Part shown: positions 38,465 to 49,522 of the stretch, in pieces
Layout: each line of letters opens with the position of its first letter
Numbering within the stretch: position 1 is the first letter of the stretch
Source of the DNA: Prochlorococcus sp. AG-418-F08
GTDB lineage: Bacteria; Cyanobacteriota; Cyanobacteriia; PCC-6307; Cyanobiaceae
Assembly: GCA_003214295.1 (NCBI GenBank)
Contig: QCLV01000005.1
Location: forward strand, 3,312 to 67,311
Length of the DNA stretch: 64,000 bases
Direction: 5' to 3'
Position numbers and translations under genes: made by a program
Notes under the pieces: generated by a model
Told to the model about the DNA's origin: nothing
The model's input: only the letters and a program-made list of their open reading frames with translations
Databases searched by the model: none

Positions 38465-41071
38465 TCAATCTATTATTGCATCTAAAACTTCTTTAGTATT
38501 TTTTGATAGTTTATTGTTTTTTATATGCTTTATTGTTTCTATCATATTACTTTTGTAAGGTTCTGAATAATACTTATATCTGCTAAATACTTTTACAAAA
38601 CGGGAAATTATTATTGGATTTAATTTGTCAAATTCAATTATCTTTTTTGCAATATATTTATAACCAGAACCATTAATTGCATGAAAAGTACTATTTCTTG
38701 TTACGAATGTATTTAATATAGCTCTTAAAGTGTTTGGTGATTTTGAATCAAAAAACTTATTTTCAAATAATTTTTCAATGCTGCTTGTTTTTTCATCAAT
38801 TTCTATAGATGCATTAAATGAGAACCAACTATCCAAAACGACACTATTATTTTTCCATTTATTGAAGAATATATTTGAAATAATTTCTCTCTCAGGACAA
38901 TTAATTCTACTGAATGAATTCATTGCAGCTTTTGCTAGCGTCATCGAGTTACTATCGACATAATTAATTATTTTGCATTTAATTTCCGTGTCATCACTGC
39001 TTAAGAGTAGTTTCCAAATAGTTTCGATTAGTTTTCTTTCATTTTTACCTTCTGGCCAAACTTTATCTAGATTTTTCTCTATTTCTTGGAGCTTAATATG
39101 TAATTCTTCTTTTAATTTGGTACCGAATAAATGATTTAATTCGTCAATAGTTTTATATATCTTTAAAGGGTCTATATTCTCTATCTCCGATTCAATTTCA
39201 GCAAATGTCGGAATACTTAGTAATTCTGATAAAAGAGATAAATTAAAATCTTTATTTTTTATAAATGATATTAAGGTGCTTATTAATTTATTTTCAATTT
39301 TATGATCTGGTTTTTCATCTAATCTGCATAAAATAATTTTTTTATAAAATACTTTTACAGTATTAGATAGTGTAAAAAAATCTTTTTCATATTTTAAGAT
39401 TAAAAACTTTTCATCCAAGGTAGTGTCTGATTCCCACTCAACAGGTGAAGAGAATTCGCGAAAATAAGTTACTAAAGGAATTTGGAGGTGAGATCTTATA
39501 TTCTTAAAAATAAATTTTTGTTTTTTTGTTTTTAAAACAACTGTTTTTTCTATAGTTTTATTATCACTGCAAAAAATAGCTAGATTTATAGGAATTATTA
39601 GAGGTAAATCATTATATGGGTTCTTCTTTTTTGGATTACTTTGCGAGGCTTCAATTGTAAGGTTTTCGCCTGTTTGATCCCAGATTCTCTTGAATTTAAT
39701 TGTTGGGGTCCCATTTTGCTTGTACCAGATTTTAAACTTTTCAGGATCGATTTCTTTGTTGTGCTCTAAAATTATATCGATAAATTGGTCTATTGTTGCT
39801 GCCTTTCCATCATATGTTGAGATGTAATTATTAAAACCTCTATAGAAATTTTCATCTTTTACAAGCTTATTAAGCATTCTAATTATTTCTGCACCTTTCT
39901 CGTAAATCGTGGTCGTATAGAAATTGTCTATTTCTTGATATTTTTCAGGCATTACAGGATGTGATGTTGGACCAGAATCCTCTCTAAATTGATTTCTTCT
40001 AAGAAATTTCGCATCATCAAGTCTTTTGATTTCACGATTATGAACGTCTGCAGTGAATTGTTGATCTCTGAATACTGTTAAACCCTCTTTTAGAGATAGT
40101 TGAAACCAATCCCTACAAGTCACTCTATTCCCCGTCCAATTATGGAAGTATTCATGAGCGATCACACCCTCTATTCTTTCTAATTCTTCATCAGTTGTTG
40201 TTTCAGAATTAGCGAGTATTAGTTTTGAGTTGAAAATATTGAGACTTTTATTTTCCATTGCTCCCATATTAAAGTGCCTGACTGCAACAATATTGAACAA
40301 TGACAAATCGTATTCAAGGTTATATTTATCCTCGTCCCACTTCATAGATTTCTTTAAGGAACTTATTGCATGTTGAACATATTTTTCATCGCCATACTCA
40401 ACATAAATATTTATTTTTACTTTTTTATTCGATTTTGTTATGAAATTGTCTTTTACATAATTAAGTTTCCCTGCTACCAATGCAAATAGATATGAAGGTT
40501 TCGGATATGGGTCTTCCCAAATTATTTCATGTCGATTATTTGTAAGATTATTTTCTTTTACGACGTTACCATTTGAGAGTAAGACAGGGTAATCATTCTT
40601 GTCTGCTTCAATTCTCACGGTGTATTTGCTTAGAACATCAGGCCTATCAGAGTGAAAACTTATTCTTCTAAATCCCTCCGCCTCACATTGCGTAGTTATA
40701 ATTCCATTGCTCTCATACATTCCTAAAAGAGATGTATTTTCCTTCGGTTTAATTATTCCTTCTATTTTTAATAAAAAATTATCCTTGTCTATATTTTCAA
40801 TTTTTAAATTATTTTTTTGCTGTTTGTAGTATTCCTTGCCCAGTAGAGAATCATCTATAAATATTTTTTTTAATAATATATCCCTACCATTAAGAATTAG
40901 ATTTCTGGCATTCTTATTTTTTTTAACTAATTTTAGTTTGGTCGTAACATTTACAGCATTTTTCTTAATTACGAAGTCCAAAAAGATTTCTGGAATTTCA
41001 TAATCGAAAACTTTGTAATCTTCAAGTTTTACATATCTTGAAATATTATTTTGGTTTTTTGGATTATTCAT
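38465..41071 (-). CDS. pepN: aminopeptidase N (M1)
   Basis: TQCEAEGFRRI, GAMEN, HEYFHNW...LKEG, NFYT.T.YEKG. Confidence 0.96.
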   Translation of the reverse strand: MNNPKNQNNISRYVKLEDYKVFDYEIPEIFLDFVIKKNAVNVTTKLKLVKKNKNARNLILNGRDILLKKIFIDDSLLGKEYYKQQKNNLKIENIDKDNFLLKIEGIIKPKENTSLLGMYESNGIITTQCEAEGFRRISFHSDRPDVLSKYTVRIEADKNDYPVLLSNGNVVKENNLTNNRHEIIWEDPYPKPSYLFALVAGKLNYVKDNFITKSNKKVKINIYVEYGDEKYVQHAISSLKKSMKWDEDKYNLEYDLSLFNIVAVRHFNMGAMENKSLNIFNSKLILANSETTTDEELERIEGVIAHEYFHNWTGNRVTCRDWFQLSLKEGLTVFRDQQFTADVHNREIKRLDDAKFLRRNQFREDSGPTSHPVMPEKYQEIDNFYTTTIYEKGAEIIRMLNKLVKDENFYRGFNNYISTYDGKAATIDQFIDIILEHNKEIDPEKFKIWYKQNGTPTIKFKRIWDQTGENLTIEASQSNPKKKNPYNDLPLIIPINLAIFCSDNKTIEKTVVLKTKKQKFIFKNIRSHLQIPLVTYFREFSSPVEWESDTTLDEKFLILKYEKDFFTLSNTVKVFYKKIILCRLDEKPDHKIENKLISTLISFIKNKDFNLSLLSELLSIPTFAEIESEIENIDPLKIYKTIDELNHLFGTKLKEELHIKLQEIEKNLDKVWPEGKNERKLIETIWKLLLSSDDTEIKCKIINYVDSNSMTLAKAAMNSFSRINCPEREIISNIFFNKWKNNSVVLDSWFSFNASIEIDEKTSSIEKLFENKFFDSKSPNTLRAILNTFVTRNSTFHAINGSGYKYIAKKIIEFDKLNPIIISRFVKVFSRYKYYSEPYKSNMIETIKHIKNNKLSKNTKEVLDAIID

Positions 41072-41121
41072 CTTTACAAAGAAGTTCAGAAGTTAAAAAA
41101 TCTAGAATAGTTATTTTGAAA

Positions 41122-41406
41122 TTATAAGTTTGGCTTAATATCTTCTGGTTTACAAAAATGTGTTTTAATCTCCCCAGAAGGGAGAAGTTCGTATAAAGAA
41201 GGATTATTAATATCAGGCGATCCGTCCTTATTATATTGATACCTCCAGTCCCATTTTTTATCTGTAAAGGAAATATAATCTTTTCTTAGAGAATATGGAA
41301 GCATAAGCTTTTTTTTATTCCAATTAATATTTATAAATGCTCCTGGCTTTAACTCAGATATCTTTTCTACTATGGAAAAGTCACCATTAATATTATTTCT
41401 CATCAC
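41122..41406 (-). CDS. conserved hypothetical protein
   Basis: 94 aa, SFTDKKWDWRY motif. Confidence 0.65.
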   Translation of the reverse strand: MMRNNINGDFSIVEKISELKPGAFININWNKKKLMLPYSLRKDYISFTDKKWDWRYQYNKDGSPDINNPSLYELLPSGEIKTHFCKPEDIKPNL

Positions 41407-41560
41407 AAGATTAAGCTTTGAATTTTCACATACATAGCTACTATTTAAAGCTAATAAAAGTATTGAGGTAATAAAAAATGAATGAATTTTTTGAGCTCCT
41501 TTTAAAGTAGATTTACTTTCAAGCTATATGACTTAATTAAAGATCTTTTTTTGGATAGAT

Positions 41561-42277
41561 TTAAATCATAATAGATTGCATACTCTTTAGATCTACAAGA
41601 TTACAATTTAATTCCTCTTCATGATCCTGAACTGAAATAAAATTATTCAAAAAACCTGAATATTTAGCATCTCCGCCTATGGTGCTTGAAAGTATATATT
41701 TTGGATTGAATTTGTTAATCAATTTAGGGATTACATCAGCACCTTTTACAAAAGAACCTACTAGGGGTAATTCTAAATTTTTTGTAGGAGTAATGACTGC
41801 ATCAAGACTTTGTTTGTTTAAATTTTCATCAAGATATCCATGGGGTTCTATATAAAACCCATTATCTTGCTCATCTTTAACAATATATCCGTTTTCTATT
41901 TGTGGTACTGGAGCCCCAGCAGTGGCTTCAAAACTTAAATTAGAATGATTTGTCTTTTCAGTTGGCTTGAGCACTTTAATTGAACTAAAACCAATTTTTT
42001 TTAATGTTTCAACAGCACTTTTAGGGCAAATTATTGGAATATCCTTTCTGAACATTTCTAATGTTGGAACATGACAGTGATCAGGTAATCCTTGGGTTAA
42101 CAAAATAATATCTATTTTTTTATCTATTGAAATTTCTTTTTCTAATGATCCTTTAAAAAACCACTCACCTGGAGGAAATATTAAATCTCCTTTGAGCCAA
42201 GGATCAATAATTAAATTGGTTTTTTTAAATTTTATAAGCCAACCATTTGATCCAAGGTAGGTAGCTTCAAAAGTCAT
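41561..42277 (-). CDS. MBL-fold metallo-hydrolase
   Basis: GSNGW, IDPWL.G, LLTQGLPDHCH, ENGY, EPHG. Confidence 0.82.
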   Translation of the reverse strand: MTFEATYLGSNGWLIKFKKTNLIIDPWLKGDLIFPPGEWFFKGSLEKEISIDKKIDIILLTQGLPDHCHVPTLEMFRKDIPIICPKSAVETLKKIGFSSIKVLKPTEKTNHSNLSFEATAGAPVPQIENGYIVKDEQDNGFYIEPHGYLDENLNKQSLDAVITPTKNLELPLVGSFVKGADVIPKLINKFNPKYILSSTIGGDAKYSGFLNNFISVQDHEEELNCNLVDLKSMQSIMI

Positions 42278-42343
42278 TATCAGTTTGCTGTTTTATTAGA
42301 CTATAAGGTAATTTTGGCTTTATCGAGAAATTACTAATTTAGA

Positions 42344-42646
42344 TTAATTTGCTTCATTTAAGATTTGAAATGACTTTCTTTTTAGATTAAATATTAAAAC
42401 TTGATTATCTTTACAACTAATCTCAAAGTTTTCTTTTTCTAGCATTTGTATTGGTATTAGAGCTAATCCTCCTGTTCCAGAAAATATGATTGGCATGGTG
42501 CTATTTTTAGTTCCATTCATTTTTTGTAAGTCAATAGCTTGAGAAACTATTTTTCTGGCTTTATCAAATCCGTAGTCTTCTATTAATTCAGGCCATAAAA
42601 AGTTAACTAATTCATATTTCGAAAACTCAATTTGTACTGTTTTCAT
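42344..42646 (-). CDS. conserved hypothetical protein
   Basis: 100 aa, A...VSQA.DLQ.M.G motif. Confidence 0.65.
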   Translation of the reverse strand: MKTVQIEFSKYELVNFLWPELIEDYGFDKARKIVSQAIDLQKMNGTKNSTMPIIFSGTGGLALIPIQMLEKENFEISCKDNQVLIFNLKRKSFQILNEAN

Positions 42647-42691
42647 TAAAAAATTATAGATATATAGTGATTAATTAATTACCATATTTGC

Positions 42692-42877
42692 TTAATTACT
42701 ATTTTTAAACCTATCCATGACTAGTTGCAACATATCCACTACATCACCATCAGTTAAATTTAAATCCTTCTTTAAATCATTGCAAGTTAAATTCATTTCA
42801 AGTGCCGCTTCAGCCATATGATTAACTTTTTGGTTATCACCGCCCAATGAAATAAAGGGATTGAAGTTTTCTATCAT
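42692..42877 (-). CDS. hypothetical protein
   Basis: 61-aa helical ORF. Confidence 0.55.
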   Translation of the reverse strand: MIENFNPFISLGGDNQKVNHMAEAALEMNLTCNDLKKDLNLTDGDVVDMLQLVMDRFKNSN

Positions 42878-42984
42878 TTAATACTTGTTGTTACCCTCTA
42901 GTTCTAGCTAATAAATAATTAATTATCATTTATTGATACAGAAGCTTATAAATATGTTATTTAATATTTAGAAAGTTTTTATTT

Positions 42985-43365
42985 TTAAACTAGGGATATT
43001 GATATACCTTTTGATATCAATGCGAATCTTCTGGCTCTGACTAGTAAAGGAAATATCAAAGTTGTTCGTTTATTTGATTTAAACACTCTAGAAAGTAACA
43101 AAAGTAAATTACTTGAGGGATTATTTATCTGTTTGCAAATAGCATTAATTGCTTCTGCCCCATGAAAGATATCTTCATCTTTCAGGAGAATAGCTCCTTT
43201 ATCTATGTCATAACCTTTATCTAGGAGGGATTTAATCAGAGTTAAATTTTTGCGTCCATCAAGAATTTTAATATTATTTAGCTGACTTTTGATCTCAAGG
43301 AGCTCAGCAAAATGATTGCAGAATGGGCATTCTCCATCATAAATGAAGGTATAGTTGGAAGTCAT
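42985..43365 (-). CDS. DCC1-like thiol-disulfide oxidoreductase (DUF393)
   Basis: IYDGECPFC motif, G..A. Confidence 0.85.
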   Translation of the reverse strand: MTSNYTFIYDGECPFCNHFAELLEIKSQLNNIKILDGRKNLTLIKSLLDKGYDIDKGAILLKDEDIFHGAEAINAICKQINNPSSNLLLLLSRVFKSNKRTTLIFPLLVRARRFALISKGISISLV

Positions 43366-43566
43366 TAGAAAAAAACAGTTTTGATGATCTTAAAGGGCAC
43401 CAACAAAATAGTAATTCCTCGATAATAAAACAAATAATAAAAATTTTGTGGATTTTTTTAAAAGGGATAGTTAAACGATTCTAATAATTACGAAGAAATG
43501 TCTCAATATAGGTATATTTTTCACAAAAATCTGTATGCTAACTCGGAGATATTATGTTTTAAAATC

Positions 43567-43704
43567 ATGAATTTATTAGCTTCTTTTGCTTTAGGTGGTT
43601 TCAATCCATGGGCAGCAGGCTTTGGAATTGGTTCTTTAGTCCTTTTTGGTCTTGTTGGTCTTGTGGCGGGTCCAAACCTAAAGAATTTTGACCCTGATGC
43701 ATAA
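43567..43704 (+). CDS. 45-aa Gly-rich single-TM protein
   Basis: ATG 43567 preferred over 43498; followed by a terminator. Confidence 0.6.
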   Translation: MNLLASFALGGFNPWAAGFGIGSLVLFGLVGLVAGPNLKNFDPDA

Positions 43705-43728
43705 ATCATCGTATTTTATATAGATTTT

Positions 43729-43754
43729 AAAAGACTCATTTGAGTCTTTTTTTA
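43729..43754 (+). terminator. intrinsic terminator
   Basis: AAAAGACTC-ATTT-GAGTCTTTTTTTT. Confidence 0.7.
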
Positions 43755-43812
43755 TGCGGTTTTTTAAATTTATTTTTAGAATCAATCTAAATATTTATAT
43801 CCCGCCAAAGAA

Positions 43813-44082
43813 ATGTTGTTAAATCCTTTTTATCCATTTACTTTTTTGAAGATCTCTTCTCTCAAAGCTACTATTGTTTTTTTATCAATACTTTTAATTA
43901 AATCAAATTTGCTTAGATTAAAAGGGGGACTAATAGGAGGACTTTTTGCCTTGATACTCATATTAGGGATTTTTGCTTCTAGTACAATAGCTTTAGGATC
44001 ATTAGTTTATGCCTATCGATTAAAGAAGAAATTTAATTCTGATGACAATCAAATACAAGATTTAGAAACTGTTAATGTTTAA
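43813..44082 (+). CDS. hypothetical membrane protein
   Basis: Hydrophobic ORF; start uncertain. Confidence 0.45.
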   Translation: MLLNPFYPFTFLKISSLKATIVFLSILLIKSNLLRLKGGLIGGLFALILILGIFASSTIALGSLVYAYRLKKKFNSDDNQIQDLETVNV

Positions 44083-44114
44083 TATATTTTGTGAATCAAA
44101 TTCAGTTGGATAAC

Positions 44115-44231
44115 CTAAAAAGGAGTTCCAGGTACAAAATGCAAGACTAAAAATCCAAAACCGGCAGCAAAAACTATCGATACTGCGATGATTAAAAGGC
44201 CTGATGCCATTCCCCCTTCGTTAAACGCCAT
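44115..44231 (-). CDS. 38-aa single-TM microprotein
   Basis: MAFNEGGMASGLLIIAVSIVFAAGFGFLVLHFVPGTPF. Confidence 0.55.
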   Translation of the reverse strand: MAFNEGGMASGLLIIAVSIVFAAGFGFLVLHFVPGTPF

Positions 44232-44504
44232 TTAGTTAGTTATTTTTAAGTTAATAATAGAACATATTTGTTCTCAGGTAATAGTTCTAATTACTCATAT
44301 ATCACCCAAATTTATTATTAATGGTGAACAAAAGTAAAAAGATGGAAGTTAATGAGATGATAAAACCAAATATTATTAGTGGTTTAGATTTGACGTTCTC
44401 TTCTTTCTTAAGCTTATTTTTTGAAGAAGGAAAATTTCTATCTTTTTTTTTATAAATTAGATTGGAAAAAGGTTTAATCACGATGAATTTTAGATTTAAG
44501 CTAA

Positions 44505-44822
44505 TTACCCTAAAGTTTTGAACAAATCTTTATGATAATCAACAACATTTTGACAACTTATTACAGGTGTAAATTCCATATGAATGCCAAATTTGGCTCT
44601 CCATGGAGCAAAATGCTCGAAAATTTCTTTATCACTCTCTGCCTTACATAAACAGACTACTCTACCCTCCCCTGGAGCATGAACTCTAAATAACATCTCA
44701 AATTTTTCTGTTTTATCTGATTTTGCAATATCACCGTTTTCCCAAGCATTTACAAATAATTGATAAGCTTTCACTTGATTCTCAATATCTGGGAATTGGC
44801 AGTCAGCAAGAAATAATTGCAT
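44505..44822 (-). CDS. DUF3303 family protein
   Basis: FRVHAPGEG, AESD..IF.HFAPW, EFTPV. Confidence 0.75.
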   Translation of the reverse strand: MQLFLADCQFPDIENQVKAYQLFVNAWENGDIAKSDKTEKFEMLFRVHAPGEGRVVCLCKAESDKEIFEHFAPWRAKFGIHMEFTPVISCQNVVDYHKDLFKTLG

Positions 44823-45182
44823 TGGAGTATTCTTAAGGGTTTAGTTTACTCATTATCCCTCAAATACTTATTTAATAATGGGACTGTTTGAATTTGAAGA
44901 TCAGAAAAGAATATTTTCCTAAATAAAGTGAGAAGAGAGAGACTCAAGGAATTTTCCAATATCTTTTTTATATAAACTATCTGTTATTCTTAAAGAAAAT
45001 AATTCATAATCTTTTATATCTTTTTTTTTATCAAAATTAATATTTCCCTTTAATGAAATATTTTTCATGATTTTATTGATCACTATTTAAAATTTAAACA
45101 AATATAAGTAAAAGACAAATTTCTTTACATTATGTTTTTTATGAGAGAAATTTCTAAGGCTAATAAATAATAATTAATTTAT

Positions 45183-45506
45183 TTAAGAGTTAATTAATTT
45201 TCCTAAGATATATAAGAAAGAATTAGTTAAAGAAAAAATTACAGTTAATAATGATGCAATAACGGGTAATAAATTGAACCACAATTGCGAAGTTGTCATT
45301 TTTGAATCAATAGGCAGAAAATTGGTTCTTTTTTTAATTCTTATTTGTAACCAAAAAATAGATAGTGGATAAATAATTCTTGAGAAAGTAATTATCAATG
45401 AAGGCAAAATACCTTGTTTTGAATAAAGTATAAATCCTGAAAGAAAGTATAACGCCCAAATTAAAACCCTTTGAATCAGAATTAATCCCTTGCTTTTGCC
45501 AGACAT
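45183..45506 (-). CDS. hypothetical membrane protein
   Basis: 107 aa, three TM segments. Confidence 0.6.
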   Translation of the reverse strand: MSGKSKGLILIQRVLIWALYFLSGFILYSKQGILPSLIITFSRIIYPLSIFWLQIRIKKRTNFLPIDSKMTTSQLWFNLLPVIASLLTVIFSLTNSFLYILGKLINS

Positions 45507-45512
45507 TATGAA

Positions 45513-45989
45513 TTAATTAATTTTTATAATTTTAGTCATTTTATATCTTTCAAAAAAAATTTTATTTATAATAACTTTTTCTTTACGTATAATTTCCCAT
45601 TCATTTTTAAGAAATAATTCATAACTTATTAAACTCGCTTCGGTATAAAGAGAGTCTAAACCTTCTTTCTTTGCTTCATCTTCTAATTTATTAAGTAACT
45701 TAGAGCCGTAGCCTTTTCTTTGGAACTTACCTTTACAGTAAAATAGCGCAATTCTGTCGTAGGGATATCTTATGGCAAAAGCAATAATAATTCCTTGTTT
45801 ACTTATAAGCCATCCTTTTCCTTTAAAGATTGACTTATCAAAATTTGGGTTATTCCAAGCTTGGCTTGACCAGGCTCTTTTTTGTTCTTGACTATAAATT
45901 TTTTCATCTAAAGATTGAATTGAATCAAAATAAACCTTCTTTAATTCCAGTTGATCTTTAATGGTAATTTGTCTTAAATTCATATACAA
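45513..45989 (-). CDS. GNAT family acetyltransferase (YafP-like)
   Basis: YS.EQ..AW, FQRKGYGSKLL, TEAS. Confidence 0.85.
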   Translation of the reverse strand: MYMNLRQITIKDQLELKKVYFDSIQSLDEKIYSQEQKRAWSSQAWNNPNFDKSIFKGKGWLISKQGIIIAFAIRYPYDRIALFYCKGKFQRKGYGSKLLNKLEDEAKKEGLDSLYTEASLISYELFLKNEWEIIRKEKVIINKIFFERYKMTKIIKIN

Positions 45990-46003
45990 ATCTATTATTT
46001 AAT

Positions 46004-46684
46004 ATGCCTAGTAAAAATATAGTCGCAATTGGGGGAGGAGGGTTTGGACGTTCATTAGGCTCTCTTGAAATTGAAAAATACATAGTTTCTTTAATAAATA
46101 AAAAAAGACCTAAAATTTGCTTTATTCCAACAGCATCTGGCGATAGTAGTTTGTACAAACTAAATTTTTATAGAGCATTCTCTAAACTTGATTGTATAAC
46201 AAGCCATATTGATTTCTTCTCTAGAACAGAAAACTTAGAAGAGAAAGTTTTAACTCAAGACATCATTTATGTTGGCGGAGGAAATACAAAAAGTATGTTA
46301 GCTGTTTGGAAAGAATGGAATTTACATAAAATTTTGCGAAATGCTTATGAAAAAGGAATTATTATGAGTGGTGTAAGTGCTGGGGCTATTTGTTGGTTTG
46401 AGAAGGGGATAACTGATTCTTTTGCTAAGGAACTGAATATAATTGATTGCCTTGGGATAGTTAATGGTATTGCTTGTCCCCATTTCGATGAAGAGAAAGA
46501 AAGGCAACCCTACGTTATTGATGTGATTCAGAGAGAAATTATTGAATCTTGTATTTGTATTGAGGGAAATAGTGCCTTGCACATCAAAAATGATTTTGAA
46601 TATTCCTCAATAGATTTTGGTAATGGTAAAAAATGTTTAAAAGTCACTAAGGAAAATAATGATATAAAGAAAGAAATCCTTTAA
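46004..46684 (+). CDS. pepE: peptidase E (S51)
   Basis: FIPTASGD, YVGGGNT, G.SAGA, CPHF. Confidence 0.88.
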   Translation: MPSKNIVAIGGGGFGRSLGSLEIEKYIVSLINKKRPKICFIPTASGDSSLYKLNFYRAFSKLDCITSHIDFFSRTENLEEKVLTQDIIYVGGGNTKSMLAVWKEWNLHKILRNAYEKGIIMSGVSAGAICWFEKGITDSFAKELNIIDCLGIVNGIACPHFDEEKERQPYVIDVIQREIIESCICIEGNSALHIKNDFEYSSIDFGNGKKCLKVTKENNDIKKEIL

Positions 46685-46708
46685 TTAGAAAATATTTATA
46701 AATATATT

Positions 46709-47113
46709 TTAGATCTCTTCATTTTTTGAGATAGAAGTAAATTCAATACCTTTGTACTTTATAAATGATGCAGTCCATACTTCTTTAGAAAGATTGCCAA
46801 GATACTTTAAGAATTGTTGTGTATCTCCGTCTCTTATCCATTCGGATTTAATAAACGGTAGTTCTTTCTGCATCCTTTTTGGATGCATATGAACCAAAAG
46901 TAACCCTTTGTCTTCAGAAGCCCTTTTCAATGCTCCCTCATCACTCCTTTGAAAAACTCTAAGTAAAAGATTTAAAACAACTTCTTCTCCAAGTCTCTTA
47001 AGATTTTCTGGTTCATCTAAATTATCTTTAACTTCTTTTCCTCCAAGGGGCATTGCTCTTACGAGGTTTTGCTCTATTAATGCAATTGCAATTAGATAAT
47101 CTTGGTTTGCCAT
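46709..47113 (-). CDS. conserved hypothetical protein
   Basis: RAMPLGGK, LLLRVFQRSD motifs. Confidence 0.7.
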   Translation of the reverse strand: MANQDYLIAIALIEQNLVRAMPLGGKEVKDNLDEPENLKRLGEEVVLNLLLRVFQRSDEGALKRASEDKGLLLVHMHPKRMQKELPFIKSEWIRDGDTQQFLKYLGNLSKEVWTASFIKYKGIEFTSISKNEEI

Positions 47114-47274
47114 ATTTTTTGAAATTACTTTTTCTGTATTCTAACCTCTCGTGTTCATTAAAATCTTTTATGGTTAATTGATTTGCTTTAACAAAATGAA
47201 ATTATCTTAATAACTAATTTTAGACTTGTACCTTTTTTTTATATTTATAATAATTATCATATTAAATTTGAAAT

Positions 47275-47508
47275 ATGCGATTTTTTTTGTTTCTATTTTC
47301 TGGAATTTTTCTAGGTCTTTATATCTCGTGGCCTGGAATATTAATTTCAAAGAACTGGCAATGTTTTATTGATATCATTCAAAAGTCGGCAGAAGATAAA
47401 ATTTCAATAAAAGCAGTATTAGAAGTCTCTCCTAACTATTTAATTAATAGTAAGAAAAAAAATATGACCTCTAAAGTAAGAGTCGTAGCAGATGCATGTT
47501 TTCGTTAA
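47275..47508 (+). CDS. hypothetical protein
   Basis: SWPG...NW.CF ... K.R.V.DACFR. Confidence 0.6.
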   Translation: MRFFLFLFSGIFLGLYISWPGILISKNWQCFIDIIQKSAEDKISIKAVLEVSPNYLINSKKKNMTSKVRVVADACFR

Positions 47509-47537
47509 AATATAATCATATTAAATGTATGTACTAA

Positions 47538-48344
47538 TTGATGATTAGTAATTTAAGATTTGAATTATCATTTAAAAATATTTCGCAGTTAGAAAATAAA
47601 CTTAATTTCTGCAAAAATCAAAAAATAAAAAATATTAATATTCCTTGCAAGGGGCTGATCAAGAAGGATTTTTTTAATTCAACTATTAAATATATATCAA
47701 AAAATTACAAAGAATTTAATGTAACATATCATTATAGTCTATATCATCAATATACTCAAAATAAAGAAAAATCATATCAAGATTTTTTAGATTTTTTAAT
47801 AAATTCTCATTCAAATAAAAATTATGAAGTTCTACTTGTTTCAGGGTCTAAGAAGAAAAAAAACTTTGATGTAATTAATGTTTTAAATCAAATAAAAGAG
47901 GAAAAAAATTTAAAAGTTAAACTTGGTATAGCTTATAATCCATATTTAGGAAAATATTATAAAGATAATTCAGAAAGAGAAAGGTTTAATATGAAACTTT
48001 CTTCAGGATTAATAAATTCAATTTGGTTTCAATATGGTACAGATATTAAAGAACTTAGAAATGAAATAAATTATCTTAAGAAAGTAGCAAAAAATAAAAA
48101 AATAAATCTATTTGGAAGTTTATTAATACCCTCAAAACAATTTATAGCAAGGTTTAAATTTCGTCCCTGGAAAGGAGTTCATATCTCAGAAAAATGTTTA
48201 TATTCTTTAGAGGATTTTTATGATTTTACAAGAGATTTAGTTGGTTTTTATAAAAACAATAATATTACTCCCATAGTTGAAACTGATTTTTCATCAATAG
48301 AAAAACTTACTTCTGTTTATAGTTTTTTAGAAAATGAAAAATAA
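47538..48344 (+). CDS. divergent MTHFR-like (FAD-linked oxidoreductase fold) protein
   Basis: LLVSGS, GIAYNPY, K..SG...IWFQ.G.D echo MTHFR barrel motifs. Confidence 0.5.
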   Translation: MMISNLRFELSFKNISQLENKLNFCKNQKIKNINIPCKGLIKKDFFNSTIKYISKNYKEFNVTYHYSLYHQYTQNKEKSYQDFLDFLINSHSNKNYEVLLVSGSKKKKNFDVINVLNQIKEEKNLKVKLGIAYNPYLGKYYKDNSERERFNMKLSSGLINSIWFQYGTDIKELRNEINYLKKVAKNKKINLFGSLLIPSKQFIARFKFRPWKGVHISEKCLYSLEDFYDFTRDLVGFYKNNNITPIVETDFSSIEKLTSVYSFLENEK

Positions 48345-48364
48345 TTTCTGTCAATATTAAACCT

Positions 48365-49522
48365 ATGAAAAGTGATATTACATATGACTTATTAATAATA
48401 GGTGGAGGTATATCTGCTTGTGTTTTCGCTTCGAAGTATCTGAAAAATAATAGTACAAAAAAAGTTGGATTGATTGAAATTGGTCGTGGACTTGGAGGGA
48501 GATCAAGTACAAGAATAAGCAAAAAATATAAAGGTTGGAAACTAAACCATGGTTCTCCAAATTTTAATATTTCTAACAGTAAAAATAATCTTCTATTAAA
48601 AAGATATATTGATGAATTACTGGAAAATAAATATATAAAAATTGACGACTCAGACTTATTTTTTCTAAATGAAGATTCTAATTTGGAAACAATAAAAAAA
48701 TCTGAATTTTCTTGCGGGGTTAATTATTTATCTTTAGATTCCATGAGTGAATTATCGAAAAAGATAATTGAGTCAAACAATTTAAAAGAGAAAATTGATT
48801 TTTTCTTTGAAACTTTAATAGTTGATATGAAATTTAATGCTAAGGAATGGTTATTAACATCAAAAAATGGCGACAAATTCAAGTCTAAATATCTAATTTG
48901 TTCAACTAATTTGTTGTTACATAAGAGGTCTTTAAAAATATTAAACGTAAATCAAATTCCATTAAGAAAAGCTATTCCTATTAATAATGATAAAAAAATA
49001 GATTTACTATTAAATTGCTTAGAAGAACAAACATTTGTTCCCAGGTTAACTTTTTTAATTTATACCAATGAAAATTATAGTTATAAGGATTATTATTCTA
49101 AAAAACAAAGGTATTTTTATTTAAAAAATAATTTAGAAAAAAAATATAGATTTGAAAGAATTATTTTTCAGATGCAAGATAATAATAAATTAGGAATTGT
49201 AGTACATTCAAAAAACGCAGAGTTAATTAATTCTTATAAAAGTGCAAAAGATGAAGAATTTTTAAAACAAAAAATAATTACAAATTTCAATAAACTTTTT
49301 GTAGAGAATTCTGTAGTACATACATTAAATTTTGACGAAAAAATATCTATTATGAAATGGAGAGCTTCACAGCCTTCTGGTCTTGCCGTACCATTATCTT
49401 TACAATTTAGTAGAAAATATAGAATTGGATTTTGCGGAGACTGGTTTGAAGGTGATGGATTTGGCAGAATTGAAGGCTCAATTTTAAGTGCTTTAATATT
49501 AGAGAAAAAATTAAAGACTTAA
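48365..49522 (+). CDS. renalase-like NAD(P)/FAD-dependent oxidoreductase
   Basis: IIGGGISA, E.GRGLGGR.STR, HG, WR..QP, CGDW....G.IEG.ILS. Confidence 0.8.
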   Translation: MKSDITYDLLIIGGGISACVFASKYLKNNSTKKVGLIEIGRGLGGRSSTRISKKYKGWKLNHGSPNFNISNSKNNLLLKRYIDELLENKYIKIDDSDLFFLNEDSNLETIKKSEFSCGVNYLSLDSMSELSKKIIESNNLKEKIDFFFETLIVDMKFNAKEWLLTSKNGDKFKSKYLICSTNLLLHKRSLKILNVNQIPLRKAIPINNDKKIDLLLNCLEEQTFVPRLTFLIYTNENYSYKDYYSKKQRYFYLKNNLEKKYRFERIIFQMQDNNKLGIVVHSKNAELINSYKSAKDEEFLKQKIITNFNKLFVENSVVHTLNFDEKISIMKWRASQPSGLAVPLSLQFSRKYRIGFCGDWFEGDGFGRIEGSILSALILEKKLKT